From: Macrostomum lignano
Lineage: Eukaryota
Reading direction: 5' to 3'
Assembly: GCA_002269645.1 (NCBI GenBank)
Contig: NIVC01000025.1
Coordinates: forward strand, 62,001 to 126,000
DNA: 64,000 nt
Shown: positions 36,085 to 49,100 of the stretch, piece after piece
Layout: the number at the start of each line of letters is the position of its first letter
Numbering within the stretch: position 1 is the first letter of the stretch
The notes under the pieces: generated by a model
What the model was told of the DNA's origin: nothing
Database searches by the model: none
Seen by the model: the letters and a program-made list of their open reading frames with translations, nothing else
Translations under genes and position numbers: made by a program

Positions 36085-39000
36085 TCACTTGCCGATCTCA
36101 TCAAGCAGTTTCACAACGTCGGCCTCCATGTCCTGAGGAGAGAGTGATTGGCGATGTTTGTCTTTGTGTGTCTTCGTTGGCTAAGTAAAATGGCTTTTTG
36201 TATTAAAAAAATTTGACATATGAACTGCTAGTTTGATATTCGAAACCAAAAATACAAAACGAATACAAATAAGTGTCCTAGTCACCTGTCTTGTGTGTCT
36301 TAGTTACCTGTCGTGTGTCCTACTAACCTGTCTCAGTGTGGCTTAGTCACCTGTCTTAGTGAGGCTTAATTACCTGTCTTTGTGAGACTTAGTTACCTGA
36401 CTTAGTGTGTCTTAGTTACCTGTCTTGTGTGTCTTAGTCACCTGTCTTAGCGTGTCTTAGTCCCCTGTCTTGTGTGTCCTAGTCACCTGTCTCAGTGTGT
36501 CTCAGTCACCTGTCTTAGCGTGTCTTTATCTGTCTTGTGTGTCTTAGTTACCTGTCTTGTGTGCCTTAGTCACCTGTCTTGTGTGTCTTAGTCACCTGTC
36601 TTAGCGTGTCTTAGTAACCTGACTTAGTATGTCTTAGTCACCTGTCTTGTGTGTCTTAGTCACCTGTCTTGTGTGTCTTAGTCACCTGACTTTGTGTGTC
36701 TTGGTCACCTGTCTTGTGTGTCTTAGTCACCTGTCTTGTGTGTCTTAGTAACCTGACTTAGTATGTCTTAGTCACCTGACTTAGTATGTCTTAGTCACCT
36801 GTCTTGTGTGTCTTAGTCACCTGTCTTGTGTGTCTTAGTCACCTGACTTTGTGTGTCTTAGTCACCTGACTTTGTGTGTCTTAGTCACCTGTCTTGTGTG
36901 TCTTAGTCAGCTGACTTTGTGTGTCTTGGTCACCTGACTTGTGTGTCTTAGTAACCTGACTTAGTATGTCTTAGTCACCTGTCTTGTGTGTCTTAGTCAC
37001 CTGTCTTGTGTGTCTTAGTCACCTGACTTTGTGTGTCTTAGTCACCTGACTTTGTGTGTCTTAGTCACCTGTCTTGTGTGTCTTAGTCAGCTGACTTTGT
37101 GTGTCTTGGTCACCTGACTTGTGTGTCTTAGTAACCTGACTTAGTATGTCTTAGTCACCTGTCTTGTGTGTCTTAGTCACCTGTCTTGTGTGTCTTAGTC
37201 ACCTGACTTTGTGTGTCTTAGTCACCTGACTTTGTGTGTCTTAGTCACCTGTCTTGTGTGTCTTAGTCACCTGTCTTGTGTGTCTTAGTCACCTGTCTTG
37301 TGTGTCTTAGTCACCTGTCTTGTGTGTCTTAGTCACCTGACTTTGTGTGTCTTAGTCACCTGTCTTGTGTGTCTTAGTCACCTGACTTTGTGTGTCTTGG
37401 TCACCTGACTTTGTGTGTCTTTGTCACCTGTCTTGTGTGTCTTAGTCACCTGTCTTGTGTGTCTTAGTCACCTGTCTTGTGTGTCTCAGCCCCTTTAGTG
37501 TGCATTAGTAACCCGTCTTAGTGCATCTTAGTCACCCTACTGTGTGTTAGTATAGTAGTATATAGTACTGTGTGTCTTAGTGGCTGTCTTTATTGTGCCT
37601 TAGCACATACATGAATGTACGTTTCTTAGTGTCTTTCATAAATGTGTATCCATGGCAGCTTAGATTCCGAGAAAGTTAGTGCATTTGTTGCTTAGTGTGC
37701 GTGTGTCCAAGTCAGTCTTAATAATAAAGTAGATCTCATGTGTATGCAAGCCAGGGTTTACGGGTAGAGCTGGAGACTTGCGCGAATGCATACGTTTCGC
37801 AAACGCCAACTGTGAAAACCATAGATAAGCAACCCGAGCTACACACGTGACATTTTGAGGTATCAGGTAACTGGGGGTCAGAGCTAATGTACGCGTAAAT
37901 ACTCGGGTAATTAATAACATTCTTATCTATCAGATTGGCCAGCAGAGCAGACAAAAGCTCAAGTAAGCTAATAAGAATCTCAGCTAAGGTCTGATAGAGC
38001 ACGGTAGACATTGAAAAAAACCATGAAGCAGGTTGGAAGGCAGATTTCTAGTATCGAGGGTCGAATAAAGATTCTTCAGCATAGTCCTGCAGGGCACTGA
38101 GGGCACCAACAACAGCGGCTTAAGCTTGTTAGAAAAGTAAAGATTGCATTCTTTAAAATTTAGATTAAAATTAAATCGATTATCTCACTGGTGTAACAAA
38201 CACTTTCTGAAATTCTATCTGGGTGTGACAGACACGTTCTGAAATTCTATTTGGGTGTGACAGACACTTTCTGATATTCTATCTGGGTGTGACAGACACG
38301 TTCTGAAATTCTATTTGGGTGTGACAGACACTTTCTGATATTCTATTTGTGTGTGACAGACACTTTCTGATATTCTATTTGTGTGTGACAGACACTTTCT
38401 GATATTCTATTTGTGTGTGACAGACACTTTCTGATATTCTATTTGTGTGTGACAGACACTTTCTGATATTCTATCCGGCTGTGACAGACACTTTCTGAAA
38501 TTCTATCCGGCTGTGACAGACACTTTCTGAAATTCTATCTGGGTGTGACAGACACTTTCTGAAATTCTATTTGGGTGTGACAGACACTTTCTGAAATTCT
38601 ATCTGGGTGTGACAGACACTTTCTGAAATTCTATTTGGGTGTGACAGACACTTTCTGAAATTCTATCTGGGTGTGACAGACACCTGAAAATCCATCTAGG
38701 TGGGACAGGCACTTTCTGAAAGTCTAACTGTGACAGACACTTTATGGAGTTCCATTCGGGTGTGACAGACAGTTTCTGAAATTCTATGAGGGTAACAGAC
38801 ACGACACTGAAATTCTATCTGAGTGTGACTGACACACTCTGACATACGAACCAGATGTGACAGACACTGTGAAACTATATCCAGATGTGACAGACCCTGT
38901 TAAATTCTAATCAGATGTGACAGACAATGTTAAATTCTAACCAGATGTGACAGACACTGTTAAATTCTAACCAGATGTGACAGACAATGTTAAATTCTAA

Positions 39001-40135
39001 CCAGATGTGACAGACACTGTTAAATTCTAACCAGATGTGACAGACACTGTTAAATTCTAACCAGATGTGACAGACACTGTTAAATTCTAACCAGATGTGA
39101 CAGACACTGTTAAATTCTAACCAGATGTGACAGACACTGTTAAATTCTAACCAGATGTGACAGACACTGTGAAATTCTAACCAGATGTGACAGACTTTTT
39201 GAAATAAATTCTATCCAGATGTGACAGACATTCCGAAAATGAGCCGCTTTGCTGAAACCCAGTGAAACTCACCTTCGGCGCCGTGGTCGGGGAGAACCGC
39301 TTAACCGGGACACCTTTGGAGTCCACCAGGAACTTGGTGAAGTTCCACTTGATGAAGTCGCCAAAGGTGCCAGACAGACGGTTCTTCAGGAACACGAACA
39401 GAGGATGGGTGGCGCTGCCGTTCACGTTGATCTTGGAGTACATGTCGAAGGCGACGTTCCAGCGAGCGATGTAGGCCTTGATCTCAGCCTCCGGCCAGGG
39501 CTCCTGGGAGCCGAACTGGTTGCAGGGGAAGGCGGCGATGGCCAGGCCGCGGTCAGCCAGTCGATTGTGCATCTCAACTAGCTGGGTGTAGTTCTTCTCG
39601 GTTGCGCCTCATTTGCAAGCCACGTTCACCACGATGAGAACGCGGCCCCTGGGGTTAGGAGGGAAAATATCAAAGTGCTATAGCTTAGGTCTATTTAATA
39701 ATATAACTAGCTATTATAACTAAAACTTGAGTACTCGAAAACTTACTTGTACTTGTCCATCGACACATTGTTGCCATCGATGTCGACAGCTTCGAAGTCG
39801 TAGACAGTGGATGGCTCCGCACTTGAAGCCTAAAAAAAATTAAAATGTCATTTACTTAGCTTGGAAAGTTATTTAGTTGTAGTAAAAATAGCAATTTTAA
39901 CACTAACACTAAACTAATATAAGTCCGGATAACAGTAACAAACTATTATTTAAGTTCAAATACAAAAACGCAGGGGAATAGTTAACGCTCTTTATTTGGC
40001 CCCTCTATAAACTTTTAAGTTTTACTAGCCAAAAACTGCAGTCAGCAAATCGCAAAAATCCGCGAGTCGGGAACCATTCCTAATCTTAGTTCACTATCAA
40101 ATAGCGCAAAAAATTAAGAAATACTTATGTACCAT
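36085..40135 (-). CDS. GPX4: Selenium-dependent phospholipid-hydroperoxide glutathione peroxidase (GPX4-type), 169 aa; exons 40135-40133 (ATG only), 39829-39747, 39648-39273, 36132-36085
   Basis: VYDFEAVDIDG, VVNVACK-U-GAT, FPCNQFGSQEP, IKWNFTKFLVD, RFSPTTAPK|DMEADVVKLL; phases consistent; length matches cytosolic PHGPx; ATG-only first exon is less certain. Confidence 0.92.
36280..37500. repeat. 22-bp minisatellite (GPx last intron)
   Basis: TTAGTCACCTGTCTTGTGTGTC. Confidence 0.95.
38195..39230. repeat. 32-bp to 30-bp graded minisatellite (GPx last intron)
   Basis: TGTGACAGACACTTTCTGAAATTCTATCTGGG grading to TGTGACAGACACTGTTAAATTCTAACCAGA. Confidence 0.93.
39609..39611 (-). other. In-frame TGA selenocysteine codon at the GPx active site
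   Basis: Minus strand GCT TGC AAA TGA GGC GCA ACC, the conserved GPx catalytic position; frame stays open on both sides. Confidence 0.92.
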
Positions 40136-41008
40136 AGTTAAAACGGAAGATTGACAGCAGAAAACGTAATTAACTTCGCGCTGTGTAGAAGAAATTAACT
40201 CCTGTAGACGGAGTGGATTCAGGTATGTTTCGAGCTTAGAATAATCTTATTTGTTCCCAATTTAAAAAAGTTATAACAAGCTTACATAACGTTTTAACAA
40301 CAAAAAATTAAATTAAATTATAAATAAGGAGATAAGTAAATTAGCCGTGAAAAATCACTCAGCAGCATCCATTGCTTTTTAATCTGATTTTTTATTTAAG
40401 CATATCCTTTGTAGCATATCCCAGTTACGCACGCACTCCAGGTTAAAAAATTTCCACGAAACGGGTAATTGCCAAGGCAAATGGCAAATGGAAAAGTGGA
40501 AAATCTACATAATTTTCCAGTCGTTAGACAGTATGTTAATGCCACATAAAACTAGTGCGATTCTTTATCGGCTTATATTTTATTTGTTTTTTGACACTTT
40601 TTGCTTTACAGTACGAAACGCTGTCTCAATCTCTGGACTGGATGGTGTGATGTAAATTAGGGTAGGCCTAATTAATTAAATACTGTATCAATTCAGAAGT
40701 CTTCCTTATTGCCCATTATTGGACGATTACCATAATACCATTAAACTAAGTTAGCTCAATGATACCTTCTTTTTTGGTTTTGTCACGACATGTTAATGAT
40801 GTAGTTTTTAATGACTATCTATAAAGTGCTCTGTGTCACTCTGACAAGTGAAGTGACAACTCATTTTTATAATGATAGCTTTGTTAATTTTTAGGCTGTA
40901 CCCTAGTGTAGTTGTTTATGATAATAATATTATAGCTACCAGCCTCCAGGCATAACAGCTGATTATGATTAAGACTGGATAACCTTTTACAAATCAAATA
41001 TTTCGGTT

Positions 41009-41111
41009 ATCTTCAAGTTTCGTTCGTTTAATTCCAACACCCACCCCCCACCACCCTTGAATAGAGGGCGAAATAATTCCGGAAATAATTAAACGAACGA
41101 AACTTGAAGAT
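41009..41111. repeat. Perfect 25-bp inverted repeat around a short spacer (miniature foldback element)
   Basis: ATCTTCAAGTTTCGTTCGTTTAATT ... AATTAAACGAACGAAACTTGAAGAT. Confidence 0.85.
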
Positions 41112-41654
41112 TGCCAATATTTCTTATTCACAAAACTTAGACTTAAAAGTTAGAGTCAGATATAGCTATCAACTTTTTAGTCATTTTAGATAGGTTCTAA
41201 TATGATATCATATTTACTTTAATCAATTTAATGGCATCTAGTAGATATAGGAGGTTATAGATATATTGATTTTGGCCTCTAAGTTATAGATTTGGTTATG
41301 GCCATATGGGAACAGAAATTTTCTATATTTTTCTTATATACTAGGCCCATATAGTCATAGAACCTAGTTTTTATAACTAGGACAAAAATTTGGTACAAAT
41401 ATATATATGTATCATAGATAAAAATGTAGCAAATCCTTTTGCATACATTTTTTAATTAGCTATACCTATATAATCTATAGACTATATTGTTATAATATTT
41501 ATAGTTAAAAATATCTATATTACTTAACTTGTAATATATAATATACATGTATACTATAGATTATAGCTTCATAATATATGTAAATAGTGCTTGCATAACT
41601 TAAATGTTAATTGAAAAAAATGTTTGAAGACACTGCATGAGATGAGGTTAAGAC

Positions 41655-42053
41655 TAGAGGTCGGACGGGATCCCAATCCCGATCCCGAAATCTCGGGATC
41701 CCGAGGAAAATTGAATTCCCGCGGGACCAGAATCCCAACCCTAAAAAACTCGAGATTCGGGAACAGGTCTTTCAATTAATAATTTATAGAATTAGTGATT
41801 ACTTGAAGGTATTTTGCTTTAACTTGTACTCGTTACATTATTTACTTTGTTGGTTACAAAACTTCATATCAATTTCATTGTGTTTTGCTTCTTGATCTTG
41901 ACAATCTTTTCTCAATTTTGTTCAACTTTACATGGACAATACACTAAAAGACCTGATCCCGATTCCCGAATCCCGATCCGGATCCCGATCCCGAGAAAAA
42001 AATTTTTCCTGATCCCAATCCCGCCCGAAGATTTCAATCCCGTCCAACCTCTA
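41655..42053. mobile_element. hAT-family MITE, 399 bp
   Basis: TIR TAGAGGTCGGACGGGAT / ATCCCGTCCAACCTCTA; perfect 8-bp TSD GTTAAGAC (41647-54, 42054-61); ATCCCG subterminal repeats. Confidence 0.92.
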
Positions 42054-43114
42054 GTTAAGACATATGTCCCTAGGAAATCTTAATTCGTTAAACATTATAG
42101 ATTCTAAAGACAATGCATTCTAATATGTATTAACCTAGCTATGTATACCACCCCAACTATCTTACCCATGCATCCATGATAGCTTCCTATGAGATTAATT
42201 CCTTAAGACTAAGCATCTAGCTTTATTATTAGCTTCTTACATATAGTTTTTACCAGCTAGCCATCATGTATATTTTCATATATGAATGTATATTGTGACC
42301 CTTTAGTGATTTTTCAATAACTATATATATGCCACATTTCAGTGAAATTGTGTTTACTTTTTATAATAGTTGTCTATAACTATATCACAAGAAACTAAAA
42401 ATCTCTAAAGAAGTAAATATTTATATAGAAATAATAGTAAATGGCATAATAAAATTGAACTTATAACATTGTATAAAAAGGCATACAAGGCAAGAAGCAC
42501 TATAATTTACCCCCTATCCATGACATGGAATTGTTAAATAGGCATAATTAAGCCATATATTTCAATAGGGTAAAGGTTTAAATAGGAAATAGAGAAATCA
42601 ATCCTATGATCCCAAAAGCCTAGAATTTAGTCTCTTTAGTCATTTTGGATTTTTGGAATTATTTATTTATTTTTTTGATCTTTTGATTACAAGTAGGCCT
42701 AATGGTATTTTGAGCTCTTAAGAATATGATTTAATAACTATTTTATATACATTTTGCTTTGGTATTTTAAAGGACATCTGCAATTTTAAACTCCTATATT
42801 TTATCTAGTGCAGTTTAACATTGACCTTTTGGCAATAGTTTTAAACATGGCCAGTTTATTTTGCTTTACAAACTGTGTTGCCAATAGAAATAGCTGGGTG
42901 AATCCCAATGTTGCACCCAAGCATGTTTTATATGCTAATCAAGTTAGAAGCTAAAGTTCATTCAAAATAATAAAGGTCCTAATAGATCTAGAATCAGTTT
43001 ATGGAAAAGGTTTTGCTTTTTATTCTAGTTCACCTAGTTCTATTTGCATGATTTCATAATCATATTAATGAATTAATAATTATATCAGCAACCCTACTGC
43101 ATTCATGTACAAAA

Positions 43115-46100
43115 ATGTTAAGTCAACTTCGTCACAGTTGCTTCAAGTTCAAAGCAAGTTTTCAAGGTCTGACCCGACCACCCCTTCGCTGGGCACGCCC
43201 ATCCTCATCAGCATTGCTGCAGCTTCCTGGCCATCAGACGCCAAGTCTGCAGTTGCAGCGTCAGCTACACGATAAGCTGGTGCACAATCGGTCTCTGCGC
43301 TATCGTTTGGTGATATTTGACAAGGATGGCACCTTGGTGTGCTTTCACTCCATGTGGGCGCCTTGGGCTCGAGGCTTGGCAAATCGGCTGGTGAAGGCTA
43401 GCGGCCTTGATGTGGCTGCCAAGGTGGGTTTCTGGGTGAGGGTGAGGTAGAGTGCCAGTTACAGGTGAGGGAGAGTGCCAGTTACAGGTGAGGGAGAGTG
43501 CCAGTTGCAGGTGAGGTAGAGTGCCAGTTACAGGTGAGGGAGAGTGCCAGTTACAGGTGAGAGAGAGTGCCAGTTACAGGTGAGGGAGAGTGCCAGTTAC
43601 AGGTGAGGTAGAGTGCCAGTTACAGGTGAGGAGAGTGCCAGTTACAGGTGAGGGAGAGTGCCAGTTACAGGTGAGGGAGAGTGCCAGTTACAGGTGAGGG
43701 AGAGTGCCAGTTACAGGTGAGGGAGAGTGCCAGTTACAGGTGAGGAGAGTGCCAGTTACAGGTGAGGGAGAGTGCCAGTTACAGGTGAGGTAGAGTGCCA
43801 GTTACAGGTGAGGTAGAGTGCCAGTTACAGGTGAGGGAGAGTGCCAGTTACAAGTACCGGACACCCAATTCCTTCCACTGATCCGGCAGGTTTACGGCAT
43901 CCTGGGAGTCTGCGAGCAGACCCAGCGTGCGGGTCCGGGCCTGCTGGCCGAGGGCACCAAAGCCCAGATGCGGGTAGCACTGGCGCAGATGCTGGCTCAC
44001 GAAGGCATGGACAAGGCCAAGGCCACCGCCATTGTTGAGGCCTGCGTGCCGGAGCCCGCTACGGATGCTGAGCACGTTAAGGAGCTGCACGATCTCAGCC
44101 AGCTGTTCGAGGTGCTGAGGCAGCACGGAGTGAAGATCGCCGTGTGCACCAGCGACCAGCGGGAGAGCACCATTGAGTCGCTTCGCCGGCTGGGGGTGAG
44201 GCGGGTGATGGTGTCTCAGGGAGGGTGGGGCAGGTGATGGTGTCTCAGGGTGAGGCGGGTGATGGTGTCTCAGGGAGGGTGGGGCAGGTGATGGTGTCTC
44301 AGGGTGGGGCGGGTGATGGTGTCTCAGGGAGGGTGGGGCGGGTGATGGTGTCTCAGGGTGGGCGGGTGATCTTGTCTCAGGGTGGGGTGGGTGATGGTGT
44401 CTCAGGGTGGGGCGGGTGATGGTGTCTCAGGGTGGGGCGGGTGATGGTGTCTCAGGGAGGGTGGGGCGGGTGATGGTGTCTCAGGGTGGGCGGGTGATCT
44501 TGTCTCAGGGTGGGGTGGGTGATGGTGTCTCAGGGTGGGGCGGGTGATGGTGTCTCAGGGTGGGGCGGGTGATGGTGTCTCAGGGTGGGGCGGGTGATGG
44601 TGTCTCAGGGTGGGGCGGGTGACTTAAAAATGTGTCTCAGCCTGACTCAAACAGATATTTCAGCATGCCTCAAACAGGTGTCTCAGCATGACTCAAACAT
44701 GTCTCAGCATGACTCAAACAGAAATTTCAGCATGCCTCAAACAGGTGTCTCAGCATGACTCAAACAGATATTTCAGCATGACTCAATCAAGAACCTCAGC
44801 ATGACTCAAACAAGAACCTCAGCATGACTCAAACAGATTTTTCAGCATGACTCAAACAGATATTTCAGCATGACTCAAACAGGAACCTCAGCGTGACTCA
44901 AACAGGTGTCTCAGCATGACCCTGATGCGCCTCCTCCCAGGTGTCCCACCTAGTTGACAAAGTGGTGTGCGCGGACGATCCAACCAGCCTGCCGAAGCCG
45001 GACCCGCACAACGCCCTGATGATCTGTGACGCTTTGAGCGTGCATCCAAAGGACACCGTGATGGTCGGGGACACGGCCACCGACATGCAGTTCGCTAAGC
45101 AGGCTGGTCTCGGCCTGGGGGTCGGCGTTCTGAGCGGCATTGGGAGGTGCGTTTTGTTGAATTCGGTAGCCCGTAAATTGGTCAGATCAATTTATAAATA
45201 TTGGTCAAACCAGTTTGTAAATTTGTTTGATTGATTCGTAAATTGGTGAAATCATTTTAGAAGTCTATAAGATAATTGTTTTAAATTGGTCAGATTAATT
45301 TGCTAATTGGTCAGAGTAATTAAAAAATGGTCTAAACAGTTCATAAGTTTGGTAGCGTAATTTGGTAGCAACACATAAGTTGATAAAATAAATTTACAAA
45401 TTGTTCAAATCAATTTGCAGGTTTTTTTAAACCAATTTACAGATTAGTCAATCCAATTTGCAGATTAGTCAAACCAATTTGCAGTTTAGTCAAACCAATT
45501 TGCAGTTTATTCAAACCAATTTGCAGATTAGTCAAACCAATTTGCAGTTTATTCAAACCAATTTGCAGATTAGTCAATCCAATTTGCAGATTAGTCAAAC
45601 CAATTTGCAGTTTAGTCAAACCAATTTGCAGATTATTCAAACCAATTTGCAGATTAGTCAATCCAATTTTCAGATTGGTCAAATCGATTTGCACATTGTT
45701 TATAATAAATTTAAAATGAACTATTTATTTTCGCTCTGTATTCTAGGAAAGCCGACTTGGAAGCTGCAGGCGCCAGCACAGTAGTAAACACTGTGGGCGA
45801 TGTGCTGCCAAATTTCTTCCCAGACCAGCCGATCAGCTTGACGGAGTCTGCGCGCCTCATCGCCGAGCGCGACTGGCGGCTGATCATCTGCGACAAGGAC
45901 GGCAGTCTGGCCGACGTGCGCACCCGCTGGTCGGAATGGGCGCTGCGGGTTGGCAACCGCCTGGCCGAAGCTACCTCCGAATCGGTGGCCGAAAATTTCT
46001 ACGATCTCATCGGATTCGACCCGGACACTGGCCGGATTCTGGGCGGTCCGTTGGCCGAGAGTCCGCTGTCCGATTTGCGCGATATGCTTGAGAGTCTGCT

Positions 46101-49100
46101 GCTGTTGAAGTGGCGGGTGGACGACAAGCAGCTGAGGGGAATTCTGGACCAGGTGAAATTCCATTGTCTACCTGGTTACCTTGAATTATGATGAGAAAGC
46201 CAATCATTTCTGCTCCATGGTGAAAATTGCGATTCTCTTCAGTCAAGTTCGGGATTTCCCTTAACCACTGTAATCTCGGATTTCTCTCACGTGAGTGCGG
46301 GATTCCCTTCGTTCCAATCGGGATTCCCCCCAATCCAACTCGGGATTCCCTTCAATCTAACTCGGGATTCCCCTCAATCCAACTCGAGATTCCCCTCCAT
46401 CTGATCGCGATTCCCCTCAATCCAACTCTGGATTCCCCCCAATCCAACTCGGGATTCCCCTCAATCCAATCGGAATTTCCCTTCAATCTAACTCGGGATT
46501 TCCCGAAATCCAACTCAGGATTTCCTTCAATCCAACTCGGGATTCCCATCAATCTAACTTGGGATTTCCCGAAATCCAACTCGGGATTTCCCTCAATCTA
46601 ACTCAGCTGATTCCCCTCAATCCAACTCGGGATTCCCTTCAGTCCAACTCGTGATTCCCCAACTCAGGATTCCCCTCAATCAAGCTGGCTACTCCGCCCC
46701 CCTCTGCAACCAATCCAAGGTGTGGGACGACGGCAGCTCGGTCAGCAACCGCGCCGCCGACTCGCTGGCCGCCGATGGCATCCCGGAGGCTCTGGCCGAC
46801 CTTCGCTCGCTCGGCTGCCGCGTCGCCGTGGTGACGTCGGACTCCCGAGCCAGCCTGAACCAGTTCCTCACCGACTTCAGCCTGGCCAGCCTGGTGGATT
46901 ACAGCCTGACCCCGGCCGAGCACCAGCCCTGGAGCGGCGCCTGCAAGTCGCAGCCGCTGCTGGCCGCCTGCCGCCTCGCCGGCGTCTCCCCAGCCGACGC
47001 CGTCGTTGTTGGCGACACTCGCGCCGATTTGTCCGGCGGCCGGCGCGCCCGTCTCGGCGCCACCGTCGGCGTCCTGAGCGGCATGTCGGGACCGGAGGCG
47101 CTGATGCCGCACGCCGATTTGCTGGTGCCGAACCTGCCAGGCTTGACCGGCCTGCTCAAGCGGCGGCCTGCAGCTGAGCTCGGCCGGAGGTCCTACTCCA
47201 CCTCCGCGGCGTCTGCCGAATACGATTACGTCATCGTTGGGGCGGGCAGCGCCGGCTGCGTATTGGCTAACCGATTGACCGAAGATTCCAATGTTCGCGT
47301 GCTGCTGGTGAGTAGCCTGTCTGGGTTATTTTTAGATCCTGGATGGGTTTGAATCTCAGCTGAACTTCAGGATCCTGAATGAGTTTGAAACTCAGGTGAA
47401 CTTCAGGATCCTGAATGAGTTTGAAACTCAGGTGAACTTCAGGATCCTGAATAAGTTTGAACCTCAGGGAAACTTTAGGATCCTGGATGAATTTAAGCTT
47501 CAGGTAAACTTCAGGATTCTGAATGAATTTGAGCTTTAGGTAAGCTTCAGGATTCTACTAGCAATCTACGCCCCCCGTTGGGGAGCCAAAGAAATGCAAT
47601 ACACGTTTTTTTAATAAGCTACATGTATCCTTGAAATATTAAAAAATCTCCTGTCAAACCTTGTAAGCCTTGACATGTCAGTAATTCCCCCCCACAAGCT
47701 TTAACATATCAACTTCCCCCCTTGACATCTCAGCAATGCCCCCAATAAGCCTCAGGTAAACTTCAGGATCCTGAATGAGATTCAGCTTAATCTTAACTTC
47801 ATGATTCTGAATGAGTTCGAGCTTGAGCTAAAGTTTTGTATCTTTAATACCCAGAGTAAAAATGAATATTCTTCCAGATCGAAGCCGGCCCCACCGACCG
47901 TCGCAACCTGTTCATCCACATGCCCGCCGCTCTCATGTACAACCTGTGCCACGACAAGTACAACTGGTACTATCACACTCTGCCGCAGAAGCACATGGAC
48001 TCCAGGGTGATGTACTGGCCGAGAGGTCGCGTCCTTGGTGGCAGCAGTTCGCTAAACGCTATGGTTTACGTTCGGGGTCATGCATTTGACTATGACAGGT
48101 AAATATAGGGGCAATTCATGTGTCTCACTCCTGCTATAATTTTTAACGCTCTTGCGATATCGAGAGCTGATTCAGAATATCCCATTTATCAATTATGAAT
48201 CTTGTGTATATATGAGGTGGGTTGCGCGGGACTGTAGATACAAGACGTCACGAGTCTGGGATGCACGGGTCATAAGCTTTCTGTTAAGTGTCATAGGCTG
48301 TATCAGGGGTCCGTTATGAAAGGGTCATATGCCTTTTGTTAAGGGGTCATAAGCATTTTGTTAAGGGGTCATTGGCCTTTTTCAGGGTCATAGACCTTGT
48401 TTTAAGGGGCCATAGGCCCGGAAGCACAGGTCATAAGCCCTGTACCAAGAGATCATGGGCCTCGGAGCAAGGGGTCATAATCTTCGTGTCAAGGAGTCAA
48501 TCTTCGTGTCAAGGGGTCATAATCTTGGTGTCAAGGAGTCATAATATTCGTGTCAAGGAGTCTTAATCTTCGTGTCAAGGAGTCAATCTTCGTGTCAAGG
48601 AGTCAATCTTCGTGTCAAGGAGTCAATCTTCGTGTCAAGGGGTCATAATCTTGGTGTCAAGGAGTCATAATATTCGTGTCAAGGAGTCTTAATCTTCGTG
48701 TCAAGGAGTCAATCTTCGTGTCAAGGAGTCTTAATCTTCGTGTCAAGGAGTCAATCTTCGTGTCAAGGGGTCATAATCTTGGTGTCAAGGAGTCATAATA
48801 TTCGTCTCAAGGAGTCAATCTTCGTGTCAAGGAGTCAATCTTCGTGTCAATGAGTCAATCTTCGTGTCAAGGAGTCAATCTTCGTGTCAAGGAGTCAATC
48901 TTGGTGTCAAGGGGTCATAGCCTGGTATTAAGGGGTCATAGCCTGGTGTTAAGGGGTCATAGCCTGGTGTTAAGGGGTCATAGCCTGGTGTTAAGGGGTC
49001 ATAGCCTGGTGTTAAGGGCTCATAGCCTGGTGTTAAGGGGTCATAGCCTGGTGTTAAGGGGTCATGTTTGTAGCAGAGGGGTCACAGAGTCAGCAATCTC

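Noticed and set aside
37660-38130. Non-repeat segment inside the GPx last intron as an alternative exon
   Set aside because: No GPx-like C-terminus; the exon at 36132-36085 completes the protein at the expected length
43115-47307. HAD gene and CHDH gene as two separate neighbours merged by mistake
   Set aside because: No stop, intron or intergenic gap between HAD2 and the CHDH GxGxxG motif; both sit in one open exon
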